Positions 1 to 9,617 of a stretch of 64,000 nt of DNA are shown one piece after another. The translations under genes were made by a program, and so were the position numbers. The stretch's first letter is position 1. Each line of letters begins with the position of its first letter. The notes beneath the pieces were generated by a model. It saw only the letters and a program-made list of their open reading frames with translations. It had not been told where the DNA came from and did no database searches. Location of the stretch: contig CAYFFW010000005.1 of NCBI GenBank assembly GCA_964342745.1, positions 1,046-65,045 of the forward strand, read 5' to 3'. This DNA comes from an uncultured Gammaproteobacteria bacterium (GTDB taxonomy: Bacteria; Pseudomonadota; Gammaproteobacteria; Magnimaribacterales; Magnimaribacteraceae).

Positions 1-43
1 TCTTTAAAGCTAGCAGGCATATTTTTTTATATAATTTCATAAT

Positions 44-121
44 CTCCTCGTAGCTCAGTTGGATTAGAGCAACTGCCTTCTAAGCAGTGGGTCGCAGGTT
101 CGAGTCCTGCCGAGGAGGCCA
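44..121 (+). tRNA. tRNA-Arg (anticodon TCT)
   Basis: Cloverleaf read by eye: acceptor CTCCTCG/CGAGGAG, anticodon stem ACTGC/GCAGT with loop CTTCTAA, T-loop GGTTCGAGTCC, encoded CCA. Confidence 0.9.
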
Positions 122-145
122 CCTTACTTAAAGAGCTATAAGAAG

Positions 146-174
146 TTGATTTAAATTCTCGTCAATATTATATT
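146..174 (+). promoter_or_regulatory. sigma70-like promoter candidate for acyP
   Basis: TTGATT (146-151), 17-nt spacer, TATATT (169-174), about 40 nt upstream of the ATG at 213. Confidence 0.4.
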
Positions 175-212
175 TTTGTTATTGATAATTGGAATTAGAA
201 TTTGAAAGAAAT

Positions 213-482
213 ATGAATGCCTTACATATCAGTATCTATGGACGTGTTCAGGCCGTGGGTTTTAGAAATTGGATAAGAGATAATGCAAAAAAGAAAGGGT
301 TATTTGGGTGGGCAAGGAATGCTTCCGACGGCTCAGTTGAGGTTTTTTTGCAAGGTAACGAACAAGAAATTAATGATCTATTAGCTATGTCCTGGGAAGG
401 TCCAAACTTAGCTGAAGTAGATGATGTGCTTACTCAAGACTCTAAAGTAGATGACTCTTTAGCTTCATTTGAAGTCTATTAA
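213..482 (+). CDS. acyP: acylphosphatase
   Basis: Motifs ISIYGRVQAVGFRNW and GWARNASDGSVEV match the acylphosphatase signatures. The ATG at 213 is preferred over the TTG at 189 given in the ORF track. Confidence 0.85.
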   Translation: MNALHISIYGRVQAVGFRNWIRDNAKKKGLFGWARNASDGSVEVFLQGNEQEINDLLAMSWEGPNLAEVDDVLTQDSKVDDSLASFEVY

Positions 483-555
483 CTGTAAGTAATTTTTTCT
501 TAATAAGTTAACCCAATAAAAATAATTTATGTTCAGTGTTAGAATGCCAAAAAAT

Positions 556-632
556 GGTGGGTGTAGCTCAGTTGGTAGAGCTCTGGCTTGTGGCGCCAGT
601 GGTCGTGGGTTCGAGCCCCATCACCCACCCCA
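556..632 (+). tRNA. tRNA-His (anticodon GTG)
   Basis: Acceptor GTGGGTG/CACCCAC with an extra 5' G(-1) typical of tRNA-His. Anticodon stem CTGGC/GCCAG with loop TTGTGGC, T-loop GGTTCGAGCCC, encoded CCA. Confidence 0.9.
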
Positions 633-652
633 ACAAACAAATAGGATAAAAA

Positions 653-1957
653 ATGCGATTTTCTTTTGGAAATAAGAACGGAATAGAACAAAGTTTAAAA
701 GTATCTGTACCCTCAGATGAAATAGAAAAGCAAGTTAAGATAAAACTTAATACAGCCAGCAAAACAGCTAGGATTAAAGGATTTAGAAAAGGAAAGGCTC
801 CCATGGATGTGGTAAAGAAAATGTATGAGCCTGAAATCAGGCAAGATGTTATCAATGACTCCATAATAAAGAAATTTTATGATTTAGTAGAAGAACAAAA
901 CTTAAAGCCTGTAGGTCGTCCAAATCTAGAGCCTGAAAGTATGGTGCCTGAAAAGGATGTAATTTTTAAAGCCACCTTTCAGGTCTATCCTGAGATATCC
1001 TTAAATAGGCTCAATAAATTAAGTTACACCAAAACAATAAGTAGCATTTCTGATGAGGATGTTGATAAAACTATAGAGTCAATAAGAAAAAGAATGTGTA
1101 CTTGGGAAGCCAAAGAAGATGTTTCTTCTTCTGGAGATCAAATTAAAATTGATTTCATAGGTAGAATTGATGGAGAGGAGTTTGAGGGTGGTTCCGCTAA
1201 AGATTTTTTAGTAGAGATTGGATCTAAATCAATGATAGAGGGTTTTGAAGATGGTTTAATTGGACTTAGCAAATCTGAAGAAAAGGATTTAAATTTAACT
1301 TTTCCAGAAGATTACGCTAAACCTGAATTATCGTCTAAGGAAGTAGTTTTTAGTATTGAAGTAAAAGAAATATTAGAACCTCAACTTCCTGAATTAAATG
1401 AAGACTTCTTTAAAAATACTGGTATAGAAGCTAAGAATTTAAAGAAGTTTAAAGATGAAATTAAAATTAAATTAGGAGAAGATCTAGAGACACTTCTTAA
1501 AAATAAATCTAAAGCTAGCGTGTTAGATGCACTTCGAGAAGCACATAATTTTGAAATTCCTAGTGCAATGATAGATTCTGAAATAGCAAACATGAGAGAA
1601 AGTGCTGCTAGAAGAGTTGGGATGGATCCTAAGGACATAAAAGAAGATCTTTTTCCTAGAAAAACATTTGAAGAAGAAGCAAAGAAAAGGGTAAGTGTGG
1701 GAATAATACTTAATAAAATTATAGAAGAAAAAAATATAAAGGCTGACGGAGATAAGGTAAGAAAAATTATCGAAGATAGAGCAGCTATGTACAAGGATCC
1801 ACAACAAGTTATCAATTGGTTTTATTCAAACGAAGAACAGTTAAGAGGTATAGAGTCAATTTCTTTGGAAGAACAGGTAATAGAAATTCTTTTATCAGAA
1901 GGAAATCCCATACAAGAAGAACTTAGTTATGAGGAATGTGTCTCTTCATTAAATTAA
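653..1957 (+). CDS. tig: trigger factor
   Basis: 434 aa with an FKBP-type central domain (DFIGRIDGEEFEGG). It sits immediately upstream of clpP-clpX-lon. Confidence 0.95.
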   Translation: MRFSFGNKNGIEQSLKVSVPSDEIEKQVKIKLNTASKTARIKGFRKGKAPMDVVKKMYEPEIRQDVINDSIIKKFYDLVEEQNLKPVGRPNLEPESMVPEKDVIFKATFQVYPEISLNRLNKLSYTKTISSISDEDVDKTIESIRKRMCTWEAKEDVSSSGDQIKIDFIGRIDGEEFEGGSAKDFLVEIGSKSMIEGFEDGLIGLSKSEEKDLNLTFPEDYAKPELSSKEVVFSIEVKEILEPQLPELNEDFFKNTGIEAKNLKKFKDEIKIKLGEDLETLLKNKSKASVLDALREAHNFEIPSAMIDSEIANMRESAARRVGMDPKDIKEDLFPRKTFEEEAKKRVSVGIILNKIIEEKNIKADGDKVRKIIEDRAAMYKDPQQVINWFYSNEEQLRGIESISLEEQVIEILLSEGNPIQEELSYEECVSSLN

Positions 1958-1985
1958 CTTGATTTTTTAGACTTTAACCCAAAAT
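1958..1985 (+). promoter_or_regulatory. sigma32-like heat-shock promoter candidate upstream of clpP
   Basis: CTTGATT (1958-1964), 13-nt spacer, CCCAAAAT (1978-1985), compared with the consensus CTTGAAA-N13-15-CCCCATNT. The match is partial. Confidence 0.35.
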
Positions 1986-2001
1986 AGTATTAAATAACGT
2001 T

Positions 2002-2613
2002 ATGAGCAACGAAAAAGATATATTAAATAATCAGTTAGTTCCCATGGTTGTTGAGCAAACGCCCAGAGGTGAAAGAGCTTACGATATATATTCTAGGCTA
2101 TTAAAAGAAAGGGTAATATTTCTTACAGGTCCTGTTGAAGATATTGGTGCAAATTTAGTAGTAGCTCAAATGCTCTTTTTAGAAGCTGAAAATCCTGATA
2201 AAGATATATCTTTATATATAAACTCACCAGGAGGCTCAGTTACTTCAGGCCTATCTATATATGACACTATGCAATTTATAAAACCTGATGTAAGCACTCT
2301 CTGTACAGGACAGGCATCTAGTATGGGAGCTGTCTTGTTAGCTGGGGGAGCAAAAGGGAAAAGACATGCCTTGCCAAACTCCAGAGTTTTGATACATCAA
2401 GTGATGGGGGGGTTCCAAGGTCAAGCAAGTGATATTGAGATTCACGCAAAAGAGATCATCTCCATAAAAGAAAAACTAAACTCTATTCTATCTTCACACA
2501 CCGGCCAAAAGATAAGTAAAATTGAAGAAGATAGTGATAGAGATAACTTCATGACCCCAGAAGAAGCAGTTGAATATGGCTTAATTGATAGTGTAATGAA
2601 AACCAGGTCTTAG
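2002..2613 (+). CDS. clpP: ATP-dependent Clp protease proteolytic subunit
   Basis: Strong ClpP signature ([35 protein letters not shown]). Confidence 0.97.
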   Translation: MSNEKDILNNQLVPMVVEQTPRGERAYDIYSRLLKERVIFLTGPVEDIGANLVVAQMLFLEAENPDKDISLYINSPGGSVTSGLSIYDTMQFIKPDVSTLCTGQASSMGAVLLAGGAKGKRHALPNSRVLIHQVMGGFQGQASDIEIHAKEIISIKEKLNSILSSHTGQKISKIEEDSDRDNFMTPEEAVEYGLIDSVMKTRS

Positions 2614-2619
2614 CTAGTA

Positions 2620-3894
2620 ATGACAGACAAGATAGATAATAACGAAGAAAAATTACTTTTTTGCTCGTTTTGTGGAAAGAACCAGAACGAGGTTAGAAAA
2701 TTAATAGCTGGTCCTTCTGTATATATTTGTAATGAGTGTATAGATCTCTGTAATGATATTATTCAAGAAGAGATAAATGAAGTTTCAGAAGAAAAAGAAG
2801 AGGAAAGATTTCTCGTTCCGAAAGAGATAAAAGAAACCCTTGATGATTATGTAATAAGTCAAGAGGAAGCTAAAAAGAATTTATCTGTAGCAGTTTATAA
2901 CCATTACAAAAGACTAAGAGAGGAATCAAGAAGTAATGAAAAAGATGAGGTCGAATTAACTAAAAGCAATATTCTTTTGTTGGGACCAACTGGTTCAGGA
3001 AAAACTTTATTAGCTCAAACTCTCGCTAGGCTTCTTGATGTCCCATTTACTATTGCTGATGCTACTACATTAACTGAAGCAGGATATGTTGGTGAGGATG
3101 TTGAAAATATTATCCAGAAATTACTGCAAAAATGTGACTATGATATTGAGAGAGCACAGCTTGGTATCGTATATATCGATGAGATTGATAAGATTGCAAG
3201 AAAATCTGACAATCCTTCTATAACCAGAGATGTTTCAGGAGAAGGGGTTCAACAAGCGTTACTAAAATTAATAGAAGGTACTATTGCGTCTGTTCCACCT
3301 CAAGGTGGAAGAAAACATCCTCAGCAAGAATTTTTACAAGTTGATACTTCTAATATTCTTTTCATTTGTGGAGGTGCGTTTTCAGGACTAGAAGACATAG
3401 TAAGACATCGATGTGAAGAAACCGGTATAGGTTTTGGAGCCAAAGTTTCTTCAATAAAAAAAGCAGGTAAGTCAGATGAGCTTATTAGTAAAGTTCAACC
3501 TGAAGATCTAATCAAATTTGGTTTAATCCCAGAATTTGTCGGGAGACTTCCAGTTACTTCTACTCTTAAAGAGCTTGATGAAAAGGCTTTAGTTAAAATC
3601 TTAACCCAACCAAAGAATGCACTAACAAAACAATTTAAACGTCTTTTTGAAATGGAAGGAGTTGAACTTGATATAAGGGAAGAGGCTCTCAATGAGATTG
3701 CAAAAAAGGCTATGGAAAGGAAGACTGGAGCAAGAGGACTAAGATCAATAATTGAAAAAATTTTAATGGAAACTATGTATAAAGTCCCCTCAGAAGCTGG
3801 TCTTAAAAAGGTTGTACTCGATGGTTCAGTCATAAAGGGGGAAAATGAGCCCCTAATGGTTTACGAGAAATCTAAAGCAAAAAAGAGTGGTTAA
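2620..3894 (+). CDS. clpX: ATP-dependent Clp protease ATP-binding subunit ClpX
   Basis: N-terminal C4 zinc finger (CSFCGK...CNEC), Walker A GPTGSGKT and an IGF-loop region. Confidence 0.97.
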   Translation: MTDKIDNNEEKLLFCSFCGKNQNEVRKLIAGPSVYICNECIDLCNDIIQEEINEVSEEKEEERFLVPKEIKETLDDYVISQEEAKKNLSVAVYNHYKRLREESRSNEKDEVELTKSNILLLGPTGSGKTLLAQTLARLLDVPFTIADATTLTEAGYVGEDVENIIQKLLQKCDYDIERAQLGIVYIDEIDKIARKSDNPSITRDVSGEGVQQALLKLIEGTIASVPPQGGRKHPQQEFLQVDTSNILFICGGAFSGLEDIVRHRCEETGIGFGAKVSSIKKAGKSDELISKVQPEDLIKFGLIPEFVGRLPVTSTLKELDEKALVKILTQPKNALTKQFKRLFEMEGVELDIREEALNEIAKKAMERKTGARGLRSIIEKILMETMYKVPSEAGLKKVVLDGSVIKGENEPLMVYEKSKAKKSG

Positions 3895-3912
3895 AACTTT
3901 AAAGGAAAAACT

Positions 3913-6312
3913 ATGACAGAAGCTAGGACAGAAAATTTACCGCTTTTACCGCTAAGGGATGTAGTAATTTTTCCTTCTGTGGTAACACCTCTTTTTGTTG
4001 GAAGAGAGAAATCAATCGTTGCACTTCAAGCATCCATGGCGGCAGACAAACAGATAATGCTTGTAGCCCAAAGGAAGCCTCAGAAAGAGGATCCTTCTAA
4101 GAAAGATATGTACCAGGTTGGAACAATTGCATCTATTCTTCAATTAATAAAACTTCCTGATGGCACTGTTAAGGTTCTTGTTGAAGGAGTAAGAAGGGCA
4201 AAACTTGAACAGATTAAAGATTACAAAGATTATCATGCAGCCGATGTAACTCCTTTAGAAGACGAAGTAGAAAATAGTGACTCAAAAAAGTATGTAAATT
4301 CTCTGAGGAAGAATTTTCAGGAATATGTGAAGGTTACCAGAAAAGCTACGCCTGAAGTTTTAAGTACTGTAAATTCAATAGATACTTTAAGCAAACTGTC
4401 AGATACATTAGTAGGACATCTCTCCATAGATTTAAAAGAAAAACAAGATATTCTAGAGACTCTTTCTTTAAAGCAACGAGCAGAAAAAATTCTTGGACAC
4501 TTAGCATCACAATTAGATTTAACTAAGGTTGAAAAAAAGATTAGAGGTCGTGTAAAGAAACAAATGGAAAAAAGCCAGAAAGAATATTATCTGAATGAAC
4601 AAATGAAGGCTCTTAAGAAAGAGTTAGGAGAATTGGATGAATCTGAAGAGGCAGAAATAATTGAAAAACAAATACTCGATGCAGGTATGTCTAATGAAGC
4701 AGAAACGAAGGCTTTAAATGAACTTCAGAAATATAAAATGATGTCACCCATGTCCGCTGAGGCCTCTGTTGTCCGGGGTTATATAGATTGGATAATAAGT
4801 ATTCCTTGGAAGAAGAAAAGCAGAATTCAAGCAAACCTAAAGAAGGCTAGTCAAGTTTTAGAAGAAGATCATTATGGATTGGAAGAAGTTAAAGAAAGAA
4901 TTTTAGAATATCTAGCTGTTCAGAAGAGGGTTAAAAAACTAAAAGGCCCTGTACTTTGTCTTGTTGGTCCACCTGGAGTGGGCAAGACATCTTTAGGTGA
5001 GTCAATTGCCAGATCAACTAACAGAAAATTTATCAGGATGTCTTTAGGTGGAGTTAGAGATGAAGCTGAAATAAGAGGGCATAGAAGGACTTATATAGGG
5101 TCAATGCCAGGAAGAATATTACAAAAGTTATCTAAAACCGGAGTTAAAAATCCTTTATTTTTACTAGATGAAGTGGACAAGATGGGAATGGATTTTAGGG
5201 GTGATCCCGCATCTGCTTTGCTCGAAGTTTTAGACCCCGAACAAAACCATACCTTCAATGATCATTACCTAGAGGTTGATTATGATTTATCTGATGTAAT
5301 GTTTGTATGCACAGCAAATAGCATGAACATTCCTTCCGCTCTTTTAGATAGGATGGAGATAATCAGACTGCCAGGTTATACAGAAGATGAAAAGGTAAAT
5401 ATAGCCGATAGGTATTTGATACCAAAACAAATGAAGAACAATGGGGTTAGTGAAAAGGAATTAAAAATTTCTCAAGAGTCTATAAAGGATTTAATAAGAT
5501 ATTTTACTCGTGAAGCTGGGGTAAGATCTTTAGAAAGAGAAGTTTCTAAGATTTGCAGAAAATTAGTAAAAAATAATGCTGATAAAAAGGCTCCCAAGAA
5601 ATTAAATCTTAAACCCGAACTCTTAGAAGAATATTGTGGAGTTAGAAAATTTGATTTTGGTGAGGCAGATGAAAAAGATCGAGTTGGACAAGTTACAGGC
5701 TTAGCTTGGACTCAGGTTGGCGGAGAGCTTTTAACTTTAGAAGCAGCAAGCTTTGACGGAAAAGGAAAAATTATTAAAACCGGTTCCTTGGGTGATGTAA
5801 TGCAAGAATCTATTCAGGCAGCAATGTCAGTTGTCCGATCAAGGGCAGAATCTTTAGGCATAGACCCAAGCTTTTATGAAAATCAAGATGTTCATATACA
5901 TGTTCCAGAAGGAGCAACGCCAAAAGATGGACCTAGTGCTGGAATAGGTATGTGTACAGCTGTAGCTTCTGTGCTATCAAATATTCCAGTAAGAGCAGAT
6001 GTAGCTATGACAGGGGAAATAACTCTTAGAGGGGAAGTTCTCAAGATAGGTGGCCTAAAAGAGAAGTTATTAGCAGCAAGGAGAGGTGGAATAAAAACAG
6101 TGTTGATCCCAGATGGAAATGTTAGAGATTTAAAGGAGATCCCTGACAACATAAAAGATCAATTAGAAATTAGGCCTGTAAAATGGATAGATGAGGTTCT
6201 TAATTTAGTGCTCACTCGACAACCAGTTCCTTGGGAAAAATCAGAAGAAATTTCTCAAAAAGTACCTAATAAAAAGAAAGGCTCATCAAAAAAGTCTATA
6301 GGCACTCATTAA
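3913..6312 (+). CDS. lon: Lon protease
   Basis: 799 aa, with Walker [10 protein letters not shown] and protease active-site motif PKDGPSAG. Confidence 0.97.
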   Translation: MTEARTENLPLLPLRDVVIFPSVVTPLFVGREKSIVALQASMAADKQIMLVAQRKPQKEDPSKKDMYQVGTIASILQLIKLPDGTVKVLVEGVRRAKLEQIKDYKDYHAADVTPLEDEVENSDSKKYVNSLRKNFQEYVKVTRKATPEVLSTVNSIDTLSKLSDTLVGHLSIDLKEKQDILETLSLKQRAEKILGHLASQLDLTKVEKKIRGRVKKQMEKSQKEYYLNEQMKALKKELGELDESEEAEIIEKQILDAGMSNEAETKALNELQKYKMMSPMSAEASVVRGYIDWIISIPWKKKSRIQANLKKASQVLEEDHYGLEEVKERILEYLAVQKRVKKLKGPVLCLVGPPGVGKTSLGESIARSTNRKFIRMSLGGVRDEAEIRGHRRTYIGSMPGRILQKLSKTGVKNPLFLLDEVDKMGMDFRGDPASALLEVLDPEQNHTFNDHYLEVDYDLSDVMFVCTANSMNIPSALLDRMEIIRLPGYTEDEKVNIADRYLIPKQMKNNGVSEKELKISQESIKDLIRYFTREAGVRSLEREVSKICRKLVKNNADKKAPKKLNLKPELLEEYCGVRKFDFGEADEKDRVGQVTGLAWTQVGGELLTLEAASFDGKGKIIKTGSLGDVMQESIQAAMSVVRSRAESLGIDPSFYENQDVHIHVPEGATPKDGPSAGIGMCTAVASVLSNIPVRADVAMTGEITLRGEVLKIGGLKEKLLAARRGGIKTVLIPDGNVRDLKEIPDNIKDQLEIRPVKWIDEVLNLVLTRQPVPWEKSEEISQKVPNKKKGSSKKSIGTH

Positions 6313-6330
6313 TTTTTAGTAAAAACCTTC

Positions 6331-6359
6331 TTGACAAGCTATATTAGGGGGGTTTTAAT
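6331..6359 (+). promoter_or_regulatory. sigma70 promoter candidate for hupB
   Basis: Perfect -35 TTGACA (6331-6336), 17-nt spacer, -10 TTTAAT (6354-6359). Confidence 0.55.
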
Positions 6360-6414
6360 CTAATGAACCAGCCTGTTATTACAGGTTTAGCTTAACTATA
6401 TTCAGGAGATAAAT

Positions 6415-6684
6415 GTGAATAAAGCCCAATTAATAGATTCGGTAGCTTCAAAAGCTGATATGTCAAAAGCTGATGCCGGTAGAGCGGTAGATGCAACTTT
6501 AAGTGCCATTGGAGGCAGCCTTTCTGGAGGAGATAGTGTTTCACTTGTTGGATTCGGAACTTTTAGTGTTCGTCATAGAGCAGCAAGAATGGGTCGAAAC
6601 CCTCAAACTGGTGAAGCGATACAAATTAGTGCCTCAAAGTCTGTAGGTTTTAAGGCAGGAAAAGCACTAAAAGAAAGTCTTTAA
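6415..6684 (+). CDS. hupB: DNA-binding protein HU
   Basis: MNKAQLID... and [22 protein letters not shown] are the HU/IHF signature. GTG start preceded by AGGAG. Confidence 0.95.
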   Translation: MNKAQLIDSVASKADMSKADAGRAVDATLSAIGGSLSGGDSVSLVGFGTFSVRHRAARMGRNPQTGEAIQISASKSVGFKAGKALKESL

Positions 6685-6701
6685 AAAGAATTTTAAGGAA
6701 T

Positions 6702-6731
6702 AAAAGCGCGCCTTTTTTGGCGCGTTTTTTT
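6702..6731 (+). terminator. intrinsic terminator after hupB
   Basis: Stem CGCGCC/GGCGCG with loop TTTTTT, followed by a T7 run and flanked by an A-run, so it may work in both directions. Confidence 0.8.
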
Positions 6732-6743
6732 AATGATAATAGT

Positions 6744-8627
6744 ATGACAGTTATAGGAACAATAAGAGAAAATTTAACAGGCACTCTATCTAAGATAATA
6801 GTTGCTTGTATTGCTGTAACTTTTGCTATGTTCTTTGGATGGGGAACAATGTTTTCTAATAGCGATGTAAATGTAGTAGTTTCAGTTAATGAAAAGAAAA
6901 TAGATTTATATGATTTAGATTTAGAAATGGCTAGGGTTCAATCAATTCTTTTACAAAGGTTTGACGACCCTAATTTTCAAATTGAAGAAGAAGATCTTAA
7001 GTCTTTAGCTATGAATTCTCTAGTTACCGAAGCTTTGATTGTTGATTATCTTAAAGAGAATAACGTTGTTATTTCCTCGTCAACTGCCTACAAATTATTA
7101 TCAAAAAATGAAATTTTTCTAGAAGAAGGAAGATTAAGCTTAGCTAAAGTTGAGACTTATGCTAGACAAAATGGCTTTTTACCAGGCAAATATATTCAAA
7201 GTATTAGAGATGATGTAGCAGTAAATTATTGGAGGTCTGGTTTATCGAATAGTTCCTTTCTAACTACGCAAGAGCTAAAGAAAAATATTGAACTTGCAAA
7301 TCAAACTAGAAATATAACTTTTACTAAACTAGATAAAGTAAAGGCTCAAGAAGACATACTTATCAATGAAGAAGATGTAACAGAGTTTTATCAAAATAAT
7401 TCTTCTCTTTTTCAATCTCCAGAAAAAGCAAAAATAAAATATGTAGAAATTAATTTAAAGAGTATTGAATCTGAAGTCAGTGTGACTAATGAAGAAATAA
7501 AAAGAGAATACCAGGATTATCTAGCAACCTTCGACGATACAGCTAGAAGATCAGTTTCACATTTAATGATAAATATTGATGGGTCAAGAGATGAGCAAGC
7601 TTCTATTATTTTAGCCAATAAATTAAGAGATGAAATAAATAAAGGAACAAAGTTTGAAGATTTAGTAAAAGAATATTCCGATGATGAGGGGACTAAAAAT
7701 TCTGGAGGGTCTCTTGGAGTTAGTGATGGGAGTTCATTTCCTGAAGAGTTTGAACTAGCTATAAGAGATATGCAGGAAGGTGAAATTAGTGAAGCGGTTA
7801 TTCTAGAAAGTTCTGTTCACATTCTGAAGCTTAATGAAGTTCAGACTCCTGTAGCTGATGATTTCGAGTCTAAGAAGAAAGAAATCCAACAAAACTTAAT
7901 TGAACAGATTTCTGTTTCGAATTATATAGATATGTTGGATATGGCTTCTGAATCTTTATTTTTAAATGAAGATGTAGATGGATTAGCAAAAGACTTGGGT
8001 CTTAAGGTAATTACCAAAGATTACTTTTCAATAGAAGATTCTGAAGGAATCTTCAAAGAATCTAAATTACAAAAAGTTATTTTTGAAGATCCTTCAATAA
8101 AAGAAGGGGCAATAAGTGATCTAATAGAAATAAATGACCAATATGCCTTAATTTTAGAAGTGCAAGATTTTAAAGATGTAGAAGTAAAGGAATTTAAGGA
8201 AGTTAAAGAAGAGGCAGAGGCTTTGCTGCTTACCAGGCTACTTGAAAGTAAAATGGAGTCTATCAAACAGGATATTTTAACTCAGCTGCAATCAGGTAGA
8301 TCTTTTGAAGAGGTCTCAGCTAACAAAGGCTTAAAAATTGAATCTTATAAGTCATTAACTAGAAGTTCTTCATTATTTACCCAAACAACTCTAAGAGAAA
8401 TTTTCAATGAACCTAAAGTTAATGCTGGCAAAACATACTCTTCTGCTCCTATGTCTAATGGAGATATTTTAATATTCAGGTTAGACGAAGTAGGGACTGC
8501 TAGTGCTCAATCTTCTAGCGAAGACGAAGAAGCCTTTAAAAACTTTTTCTTAGAAGAGAGATCAGAATCTGAGATTACAGATTTACAAATTGGTATGCAG
8601 GAGAATGCTTCAATATTTATTAATTAG
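6744..8627 (+). CDS. ppiD: periplasmic chaperone / peptidyl-prolyl isomerase PpiD
   Basis: N-terminal membrane anchor, SurA-like and parvulin-like regions, and the conserved position after hupB. The ATG at 6744 is preferred because the TTG at 6717 lies inside the hupB terminator hairpin. Confidence 0.85.
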   Translation: MTVIGTIRENLTGTLSKIIVACIAVTFAMFFGWGTMFSNSDVNVVVSVNEKKIDLYDLDLEMARVQSILLQRFDDPNFQIEEEDLKSLAMNSLVTEALIVDYLKENNVVISSSTAYKLLSKNEIFLEEGRLSLAKVETYARQNGFLPGKYIQSIRDDVAVNYWRSGLSNSSFLTTQELKKNIELANQTRNITFTKLDKVKAQEDILINEEDVTEFYQNNSSLFQSPEKAKIKYVEINLKSIESEVSVTNEEIKREYQDYLATFDDTARRSVSHLMINIDGSRDEQASIILANKLRDEINKGTKFEDLVKEYSDDEGTKNSGGSLGVSDGSSFPEEFELAIRDMQEGEISEAVILESSVHILKLNEVQTPVADDFESKKKEIQQNLIEQISVSNYIDMLDMASESLFLNEDVDGLAKDLGLKVITKDYFSIEDSEGIFKESKLQKVIFEDPSIKEGAISDLIEINDQYALILEVQDFKDVEVKEFKEVKEEAEALLLTRLLESKMESIKQDILTQLQSGRSFEEVSANKGLKIESYKSLTRSSSLFTQTTLREIFNEPKVNAGKTYSSAPMSNGDILIFRLDEVGTASAQSSSEDEEAFKNFFLEERSESEITDLQIGMQENASIFIN

Positions 8628-9414
8628 TTTCTTCTAAAGATTCCATTGCAGTTATATTAAAGCCTGCATCAACATAAAGTGTTTCACCTGTTATACCACT
8701 AGATAGGTCAGAGGCTAAGAATGTAGCAGCATTTCCTACCTCTTCAGTAGTAATATTTCTTCCTAGAGGAGCCCTCTTTTCATTATAAGAAAGCATTTTT
8801 CTGAAATTTTTAACGCCAGAAGCTGCCAAAGTTTTAATAGGGCCTGCTGAAATTGCATTCACCCTGTGTCCTTCTTTTCCTATAGATACAGCTAAGAATC
8901 TTACGCTAGATTCAAGACTAGCTTTTGCTAGACCCATAACATTGTAATTAGGTAATGTTTTTTGAGAACCAAGATAAGAAAGTGTTATTAGAGAACAGCT
9001 CCTTCCCTCCATAAGTTCTTTTGCACCTTTTGCTAGGGCAATAAAGCTGTATGAGCTTATATCATGAGCAATTTTAAATCCTTCTCTGGTAGTTACATCT
9101 AAAAAGTCACCATCTAACATTTCTCTGGGTGCAAACCCCACGGCATGAACTATGCAATCTATACCATCCCAATGATTTGATAGTTCTTTGAAGACCTTAT
9201 TTATTTCTTTGTCACTTGCGACATCACAAGGTAAACATATTTCAGAACCCCAGTCTTTAGCTAGGGCTTCGACCTTAGATTTAAGCCTTTCATTTTGATA
9301 TGTAAATGCTAAGTTAGCTCCGTAATTTGACATCGAATGGGCTATTCCGCTGGCTATAGAGTGTTTATTTGCAACCCCAACTATCAGGACGTTTTTATTT
9401 TTTAAGAGGGACAT
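8620..9414 (-). CDS. fabI: enoyl-[acyl-carrier-protein] reductase (NADH) FabI
   Basis: 264 aa. N-terminus [16 protein letters not shown] and the typical FabI layout along the full length. Confidence 0.93.
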   Translation of the reverse strand: MSLLKNKNVLIVGVANKHSIASGIAHSMSNYGANLAFTYQNERLKSKVEALAKDWGSEICLPCDVASDKEINKVFKELSNHWDGIDCIVHAVGFAPREMLDGDFLDVTTREGFKIAHDISSYSFIALAKGAKELMEGRSCSLITLSYLGSQKTLPNYNVMGLAKASLESSVRFLAVSIGKEGHRVNAISAGPIKTLAASGVKNFRKMLSYNEKRAPLGRNITTEEVGNAATFLASDLSSGITGETLYVDAGFNITAMESLEETN

Positions 9415-9531
9415 TTCTTAGATTGTATTATAAATTTTTTAATTGCCTAGAATTAAATTAATCATTTTTATGGTCTAAAGGTATAAATTTAATTCTTTAA
9501 AGTAACAAAAAAGTGGCAATATATAGGCAAT

Positions 9532-9550
9532 ATGCGTACAATTCACGCAT
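9532..9550. promoter_or_regulatory. inverted repeat ATGCGT-N7-ACGCAT (candidate operator)
   Basis: Perfect 6-bp arms read directly, 68 nt upstream of the TBDR start. It is preceded by a direct repeat of GGCAAT at 9515-9520 and 9526-9531. Confidence 0.3.
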
Positions 9551-9617
9551 TAATTTGGGCTAACTGACTAGTTTGCCCAGTTTTTATAGTTTAACTAACA
9601 AGTTATCGGGGAGTTAT

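Noticed and set aside
568-864. 98-aa minus-strand ORF in the supplied track.
   Set aside because: It runs antisense through tRNA-His and the 5' end of tig. It has low-complexity hydrophobic composition and no RBS, so it is a shadow ORF.
1381-1815. Two overlapping minus-strand ORFs (144 and 94 aa) inside tig. The same class of antisense or off-frame ORFs occurs at 3495-3833, 5892-6152, 8021-8266, 9614-9814, 10417-10626, 17201-17410, 19793-20032, 20098-20334, 22449-22733, 25660-25863, 26274-26471, 27113-27352, 28487-28696, 32507-32692, 34341-34553, 35389-35697, 36830-37051, 37380-37571, 37513-37695, 38485-38691, 39043-39291, 43682-43879, 48222-48566, 49544-49861, 51602-51823, 52811-52996, 53392-53619, 53962-54237, 59352-59552, 59913-60101, 60409-60633 and 60787-60999.
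   Set aside because: Each lies wholly within a longer gene that has clear family motifs. Their Ser/Leu/Ile-rich composition is typical of antisense translation of AT-rich coding DNA.
3895-3912. Search for a separate sigma32 promoter for lon.
   Set aside because: The clpX-lon spacer is only 18 nt. The CCCCTAAT at about 3851 has no CTTGAAA-like partner at the correct spacing. lon is more simply read as co-transcribed with clpX.
6717-6743. TTG start for ppiD given in the ORF track.
   Set aside because: The TTG lies inside the hupB terminator hairpin (GGCGCG arm). The ATG at 6744 gives a normal PpiD N-terminus with its membrane anchor.
9458-9476. Fur-box-like AT-rich segment (AATTAATCATTTTTA) upstream of the first TBDR, and GATAAA-N13-TTTATC at 57943-57967 upstream of the third TBDR.
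   Set aside because: The first matches only about 9 of 12 core positions of the consensus GATAATGATAATCATTATC. The second has arm spacing incompatible with a 19-bp Fur box. In DNA this AT-rich such matches are expected by chance.
9415-9617. Cobalamin or TPP riboswitch upstream of the TBDR, which is common for BtuB-like receptors.
   Set aside because: No B12 box and no TPP-riboswitch CUGAGA/ACCCUUUGAACCUGA core could be found by eye. Only a weak hairpin plus U-tract is present, and it is reported separately.
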